A stretch of 63,169 nucleotides of DNA, the filler included, from Thraustochytrium aureum (taxonomy: Eukaryota), in NCBI GenBank assembly GCA_012862495.1. It is 9 parts of 4 records of this genome, joined end to end, with 100 filler letters (N's around TTAATTAATTAA, not from the genome) between each part and the next. Parts side by side here need not be neighbours in the genome. Positions count along the whole stretch, not along the records: positions 56,396 to 61,891 come from BLSG01000063.1; positions 61,992 to 63,169 come from BLSG01000075.1; 7 more parts are not named here. One strand, written 5' to 3'. A model generated the notes under the pieces. It did not search any database and was not told the origin of the DNA. It worked only from the letters and a program-made list of their open reading frames with translations. The position numbers and the translations under genes were made by a program. This document shows positions 59,440-63,169 of the stretch, piece by piece. How positions within the stretch are numbered: position 1 is the first letter of the stretch; each line of letters opens with the position of its first letter.

Positions 59440-61127
59440 GGGAGGCGAAGCACGAAGCAGCGGACGGGACGCAAGATGCTGTCCGCCAGAGGGAGTGCCG
59501 CGGACGAGCGCAGGGGGCTGCTGGTCGACGACGAGCCGACGCTCCACAACTTTGTCGACTATGTCGAGCACGGGACAAGCGCAGACAGGGATCCCGAGCA
59601 CCCGGAGAGCTCCGAGTCGCGCAAGGCGCGCGTCAAGCTCATCCGCGCAACGGCCATCTGCTTTGTCTTCATGCTTGTGGAGATTGTTGGCGGCTACCTG
59701 GCCGGGAGTCTCGCCATCATGACGGTAAGTCGGTGGTGCGGTCGTTGGGCGAGTTTGTTGCGCTTGCTCGGGCGGCTCGGTCGCTTGACGCGTGCGGGCC
59801 GCTGACGCTTTTGTTTGCACAGGACGCGGCGCACTTGCTGTCGGATGTGGCAGGATTTTGCGTGAGCCTGTTCGCGCTCTACCTCGGCGAGCGAAAGCCG
59901 ACTCTCACGCTCTCGTACGGGTTCAAGCGCGCCGAAATCATCGGTGCCATCCTCTCGGTGATGCTCATCTGGTTCCTAACGGGCATCCTGCTATGGGAGG
60001 CAGTACTCCGAACGCAAGGCATCGTCAATAACACGAGAGGCTCGGTCGTGGACGGCAAGATTATGTTCATTGTCGCCGCGTTCGGCCTCTGTGCCAACGT
60101 GACCCTTCTCCTGGTACTGGGCCACGATCACAGTCACGGGGTTGGCGGTGGACACGGCCATAGCCACGGAAGCGAGTCGAGCGAGGCAGCGCATTCCCAT
60201 AGCCATGGCGAGAGCCACGCACACAGCCATGGCGGGAAAATCCATGATGGCCACGACGACCACGACGATCACAGCGACCATGATGATCACGACGATCACG
60301 ACGATCACAGCGGTCATGACCACGGGCATGGGCACGGGCACGGAGCGGCCAGGGATGCCGAGGCCGGCCTCTTCCTGAAGCCCGCAAAAAAAACACCTGC
60401 CAAGCACAAAAACATCAATGTCTCCGCGGCATACGTTCACGCCATTGGGGACCTCATCCAAAGCGCAGGCGTCTGCGTGGCCGGGGGCTTGATCTGGGCC
60501 TTCCCGGCACCCGAGTATCGCCACATGCAACTCGCAGACCCCATCGTCACCTTTATGTTTTCCATCCTGGTGCTATACTCTACGTACGAGATTCTCAGCA
60601 CGTCGCTCAATGTGCTTATGGAGGGCGTTCCTGCAGGCATCAACCCGCGCGAGGTCGCGCAGGCCCTAGCCTCTATACCTAACGTGGTCGGGTAAGTTTC
60701 CACTCGCAGTGCGCCAACCAGCTCGCGCCAGCCTCCTCCTCCTCCTCCTCCTGGCATAGGAATTGCTCGCTAACCTCGCGTCTACAGAGTGCACCACCTG
60801 CACATCTGGGCGATCACCGTTGGCGCGCCGAGCCTCTCCGTGCACCTCGTCGTCACGCGTGGCGCAGACCTTGAGTTTACGCTGCAGCGCGCGCAGCACG
60901 TGCTGCGCACGCACAACATCGACCACTCGACAGTACAGTGCGAGGTTGACAACAAGGAGGTCTGCTCGAACGGCGACTGCGTCGGCACGCCGTGCAACGC
61001 GTACGCGATTAGCTGCACAGATAACGGGAACTGCTTCGACGACTTTCGAATCGAGCAGGGCTCGTACGGCTCAACGGCGAGGACAGGCCCGATTACGAAC
61101 GGCAACCCGTTCTCCAGGCGCGAGTAA
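59440..61127 (+). CDS. CDF family zinc transporter (ZnT2/MTP1-like); introns 59725-59822 and 60692-60787; start in a gap
   Basis: [27 protein letters not shown], long His-rich loop, [37 protein letters not shown]; both introns are GTAAGT...CAG with CTRAC. Confidence 0.95.
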
Positions 61128-61265
61128 AACCTATTTTCGCCGTCCTATACCGCTTTTTCCGGCTTGTCGCCTACCTAGCCTAGTCCCTGCGTTGCAGTTG
61201 CAACGGGCGCGCTGTGTTGCCCTCCCTTGCGCCCGGGGCCGTTGGCGCAGTCCGTGGGATTCTGA

Positions 61266-61891
61266 TCAGGCCCTCTGCGCTGCCCCTTCTGAGCCATGTC
61301 GGTCCAGAACGAGCGCCGCTGCGCGGAGGCGCCCAATCGAGCGCATGCGGCGGCCCGGCTCGGGAAGGGGCTGAACAAAAGGCGAGCGTCCATCTGCCAT
61401 CACGTACACGCTTGGCAAGCACAAGCAGACGAGCGAGTCGTGCTCGATTCGCAGCGGAGCGTGCGAGTACGTACAAACCGTGGCGCTGCCACTCGCAGCC
61501 ACGACGATCGTGCAGTGTAGCCGCGCTACTGTCTGGCGCTGCTTGGTCTGCGCGTCTTCGCGACGCCCTGCGCACACGAACACGCGGCTGAGCTGCGAGA
61601 CCCCATCGCTGCCCTCGACGAACAGGTCGACGTCAAACGAGGGCCACGCATCGGAGCTGGCATTGCCGGAAACAGCTTCAGCCGACAGACTCGCCAAGCT
61701 GGATACCGCATAGAAATGCCGCAACCCCGAAACGGACGAGACGTACTCGAACCCAACCAAGAGGTCAGTTCCGGGCCACGCCTCGAGTCGGTTGTACCCG
61801 GGCTCAAACCCAGGCTGTGGCAGCCCAGTGACAACAGAGTACAGCTCGCTATTGCCCAGGCGGTGGGCAACCCAGGGCCCGCCCTGCCGGC
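61266..61891 (-). CDS. Possible C-terminal fragment of an unknown protein
   Basis: 164-codon frame near a contig end; no family recognised. Confidence 0.3.
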
Positions 61892-61991
61892 NNNNNNNNN
61901 NNNNNNNNNNNNNNNNNNNNNNNNNNNNNNNNNNNTTAATTAATTAANNNNNNNNNNNNNNNNNNNNNNNNNNNNNNNNNNNNNNNNNNNN

Positions 61992-63169
61992 GCACTGGGA
62001 GCGAGATAGCCTCTTCGAGGCTTGTGGCGGGCTCTTTGCCCAGGTCGCGGTGCGCCTGGTCAAAGGCCCTGAACTGCTCCACGAGAGCGGCGTCCGCAAA
62101 TGCGTCTAGTTTCAGCGGGAGGGAGGCGCCCTTGTTGAGCGCGCGCTCAACGAGGTCTGGGTGCTCGCGTTCCTCGCGCTTGTACTTTTTGGCGATCTGG
62201 CGACGGTCCCGCTCCGGAAAGAACTGCGCGACCATGGTGAAGTCCTGGCCGCACTGGCGCAGCGCAAAGTAGAAGAGCTTGGTCTCTTCCTCCGACCAGC
62301 GGGCGGCACCCTTGCGCTTCGAGTACGACATCGAGGTGACGTGCGTGCGGTCTTCGTCGTCTTGCATGGGCATGTCGATCTCTGGGATGGGCACGTTTTG
62401 CGCCTTGTATACCAGACTGCTCGTGTCGACCACCATCTTGCCGTCCTTGAATATGACGCGGGGGGCCAGCGGCGTCGCCTCTGACTCGTCCGAGAAGATG
62501 TTGGCTCGGGTCTTCGCGGCAGCTTCGGCCTTTTCCTTGCGCTTCTTGCGCTTGGCCGCTTCGTCCTCCTTTGGGAGCTCGATGCCGAGCTTGCGCAGGC
62601 GACGCCTGTCCTCCTGTTTTTCTTTTGGGCGTCGCGGCGGCGCTCCCCGCTGGGCGTGCGCTTGCTGTTCGGCCGATTGCGCAAAAAGTCCTTCATGCGC
62701 ATCTTGGACACCTCTGGGACGGCGAGGTCCGCGCTGGCGATCCCGCCGCCCAGCAAGACGCCGGGCCCGGCAGCCGTCATCGAAACGGCCATGCCCCCGT
62801 GGCCAATGCTGCTGCCTCCGGCCCCGCCGAGACTCGGCATCATGCCCAGCCCTGCGCCGCCCGCGGCCCCAGCGCTTGGCATCATGACGCTCGACGCAGT
62901 CGAGCTGCTCCGTGGCCGAGGCCGAGGCACCGCCCTGGCCCGCACGCTCGAGATGCTCCCGCTACGCGCCCGAGCGAGCGAGATGCTCCCGCTTCGAGAA
63001 CGGGCCACGCTGTTGCTGCGGTCGCGGCCCACGTTCAGGGGCAAGCCAGCGTGCCGCTCGGCGTGCGCGTCGGAGCCGGGCACGAGGCCGTGGCTGGTGC
63101 TCCGCGATCGGCCGCCGAGCATGATGCCGAGACCCAGTGGCTCCGTCTGCCGCGACCCGTCCGAGGAAA
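61992..63169 (-). CDS. BDP1: TFIIIB subunit Bdp1 (SANT domain), partial; frameshift near 62619
   Basis: APRVIFKDGKMVVDTSSL; TSMSYSKR...RWSEEETKLFYFALRQCGQDFTMVAQFFPERDRRQIAKKYKREE. Confidence 0.9.

Noticed and set aside
58397..59722. Very long ORFs spanning N gaps
   Set aside because: Their length comes from translating N runs; reading frame across gaps is unknown.
27809..61947. Eight identical TTAATTAATTAA palindromes as a biological repeat or CRISPR-like array
   Set aside because: Each is embedded in exactly 44+44 N; this is a six-frame stop linker added during assembly.

Overview
This is GC-rich eukaryotic nuclear DNA, not prokaryotic: it has short GT-AG introns with CTRAC branch points and genes for presenilin, Timeless, Bdp1, ATP10, a ZnT transporter and ciliary/centrosomal proteins. 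A thraustochytrid-like stramenopile is my inference only. The window is nine draft contigs joined by eight artificial 100-nt linkers (N44-TTAATTAATTAA-N44), with further internal N gaps. Many otherwise intact genes carry single-base indels in homopolymer runs, most likely sequencing errors. Main points of interest: (1) one ORF fusing an F-box, a catalytically degenerate CDK (HRN, DFA, PYYMLRE) and a full cyclin domain; (2) a candidate immune-receptor island with an LRR-Roc-COR-TIR gene whose complete LRR is an exact 84-nt phase-2 exon between two homologous introns, convergent with a HET-E-like hypervariable WD40 array and next to transposon remnants; (3) a thioredoxin-UIM-UBL-PUB-STI1 protein ending in a PUB-interacting-motif-like tail; (4) a degenerate class II photolyase-like protein; (5) a membrane-anchored rhodanese-JmjC fusion; (6) a Timeless with an extra TRF-like Myb insert. 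All family assignments come from motif recognition by eye; no searches were run.
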